From Octopus sinensis (taxonomy: Eukaryota), in assembly GCF_006345805.1 (NCBI RefSeq), contig NC_043016.1, positions 11,098,001-11,162,000 of the forward strand: DNA of 64,000 bases, read 5' to 3'. The notes beneath the pieces are model-generated. The model had not been told where the DNA came from. It did not search any database and saw only the letters and a list, made by a program, of their open reading frames with translations. Positions 62,301-64,000 of this stretch are shown one piece after another. Within the stretch, counting starts at the first letter, position 1. The number at the start of each line of letters is the position of its first letter. The position numbers and the translations under genes were made by a program.

Positions 62301-64000
62301 TAAAACCCTTCAAGGTGGTGCCCCAGCATGGCCACAGTCCAATGACTGAAACAAGTAAAAGATAAAAGATATACTGGGATTGATTTGTTCAACTAAAACC
62401 CTTCAAGGTGGTGCCCCAGCATGGCCACAGTCCAATGACTGAAAAAGTAAAAGATAAAAGATATACTGAGATTGATTTGTTCAACTAAAACCCTTCAAGG
62501 TGGTGCCCCAGCATGGCCACAGTCCAATGACTGAAACAAGTAAAAGATAAAAGATATACTGGGATTGATTTGTTCAACTAAAACCCTTCAAGGTGGTGCC
62601 CCAGCATGGCCAGAGTCCAATGACTGAAACAAGTAAATGATAAAAGATATACTGGGATTGATTTGTCCAACTAAAACCTTCAAGGTGGTGCCCCAGCATG
62701 GCCACAGTCCAATGACTGAAACAAGTAAAAGAAAAAGATATACTGGGATTGATTTGTTCAACTAAAACCCTACAAGGTGGTGCCCCAGCAGCATGGCCAC
62801 AGTCCAATGACTGAAACAAGTAAAAGAAAAGATATACTGAGATTGATTTGTTCAACTAAAACCCTTCAAGGTGGGCCCCAGCATGGCCACAGTCCAATGA
62901 CTGAAACAAGTAAAAGATAAAAGATATACTGGGATTGATTTGTTCAACTAAAACCCTTCAAGGTGGTGCCCCAGCATGGCCACAGTCCAATGACTGAAAC
63001 AAGTAAAAGATAAAAGATATACTGAGATTGATTTGTTCAACTAAAACCCTTCAAGGTGGTGCCCCAGCATGGCCACAGTCCAATGACTGAAACAAGTAAA
63101 AGATAAAAGATATACTGGGATTGATTTGTTCAACTAAAACCCTTCAAGGTGGTGCCCCAGCATGGCCACAGTCCAATGACTGAAACAAGTAAAAGATAAA
63201 AGATATACTGAGATTGATTTGTTGAACTAAAACCCTTCAAGGTGGTGCCCCAGCATGGCCACAGTCCAATGACTGAAACAAGTAAAAGATATAGGATATA
63301 CTGGGATTGATTTGTTCAACAAAAAACCCTTCAAGGTGGTGCCCCAGCATGGCCACAGTCCAATGACTGAAACAAGTAAAAGATAATAGATATACTGGGA
63401 TTGATTTGTTCAACTAAAACCCTTCAAGGTGGTGCCCCAGCATGGCCACAGTCCAATGACTGAAACAAGTAAAAGATAAAAGATATACTGAGATTGATTT
63501 GTTGAACTAAAACCCTTCAAGGTGGTGCCCCAGCATGGCCACACAGTCCAATGACTGAAACAAGTAAAAGATATAGGATATACTGGGATTGATTTGTTCA
63601 ACTAAAACCCTTCAAGGTGGTGCCCCAGCATGGCCACAGTCCAAAGACTGAAACAAGTAAAAGATAAAAGATATACTGGGATTGATTTGTTCAACTAAAA
63701 CCCTTCAAGGTGGTGCCCCAGCATGGCCACAGTCCAATGACTGAAACAAGTAAAAGATAAAAGATATACTGAGATTGATTTGTTGAACTAAAACCCTTCA
63801 AGGTGGTGCCCCAGCATGGCCACAGTCCAATGACTGAAACAAGTAAAAGATATAGGATATACTGGGATTGATTTGTTCAACTAAAACCCTTCAAGGTGGT
63901 GCCCCAGCATGGCCACAGTCCAATGACTGAAACAAGTAAAAGATAAAAGATATACTGAGATTGATTTGTTCAACTAAAACCCTTCAAGGTGGTGCCCCAG
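59359..64000. repeat. 93-bp tandem satellite (~50 monomers, runs off the window) derived from the SINE family A 3' tail
   Basis: Monomer TGGCCACAGTCCAATGACTGAAACAAGTAAAAGATAAAAGATATACTGGGATTGATTTGTTCAACTAAAACCCTTCAAGGTGGTGCCCCAGCA; starts at 59359 and 59452. Confidence 0.97.

Noticed and set aside
59359-64000. CRISPR array or periodic 31-aa protein (ORFs 62574-62855 and 63410-63601)
   Set aside because: Monomers are contiguous with no unique spacers, no cas genes are present, the DNA is eukaryotic and the unit derives from a SINE tail; the ORFs arise because 93 is divisible by 3.

Overview
Eukaryotic, repeat-saturated DNA with no intact host gene that I can support. The tRNA-headed SINE families, kilobase-scale (TACA)n tracts and LINE repertoire point to an octopod cephalopod (recognised from memory, not from a database search). 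The window holds decayed Dong/R4-like RLE LINEs, a near-full-length Tx1/L1-like LINE with several 5'-only copies, a fragmented Ty3/Gypsy element with one LTR, RTE fragments, non-autonomous Helitrons, MITEs and many SINEs. Nearly all long ORFs in the supplied track are microsatellite translations. Three highlights: (1) a Penelope-like retroelement (minus strand, ~4484-7735) whose reconstructed frame joins a Ulp1/C48-type cysteine-protease remnant to RT and GIY-YIG; (2) a core-intact minimal type I hammerhead ribozyme (18112-18154, minus) in the loop of a ~95-bp inverted repeat inside (TA)n; (3) a >4.6-kb, 93-bp satellite built from a SINE 3' tail, with variant blocks and a 3-mer higher-order repeat. 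Boundaries and identities are by-eye estimates.
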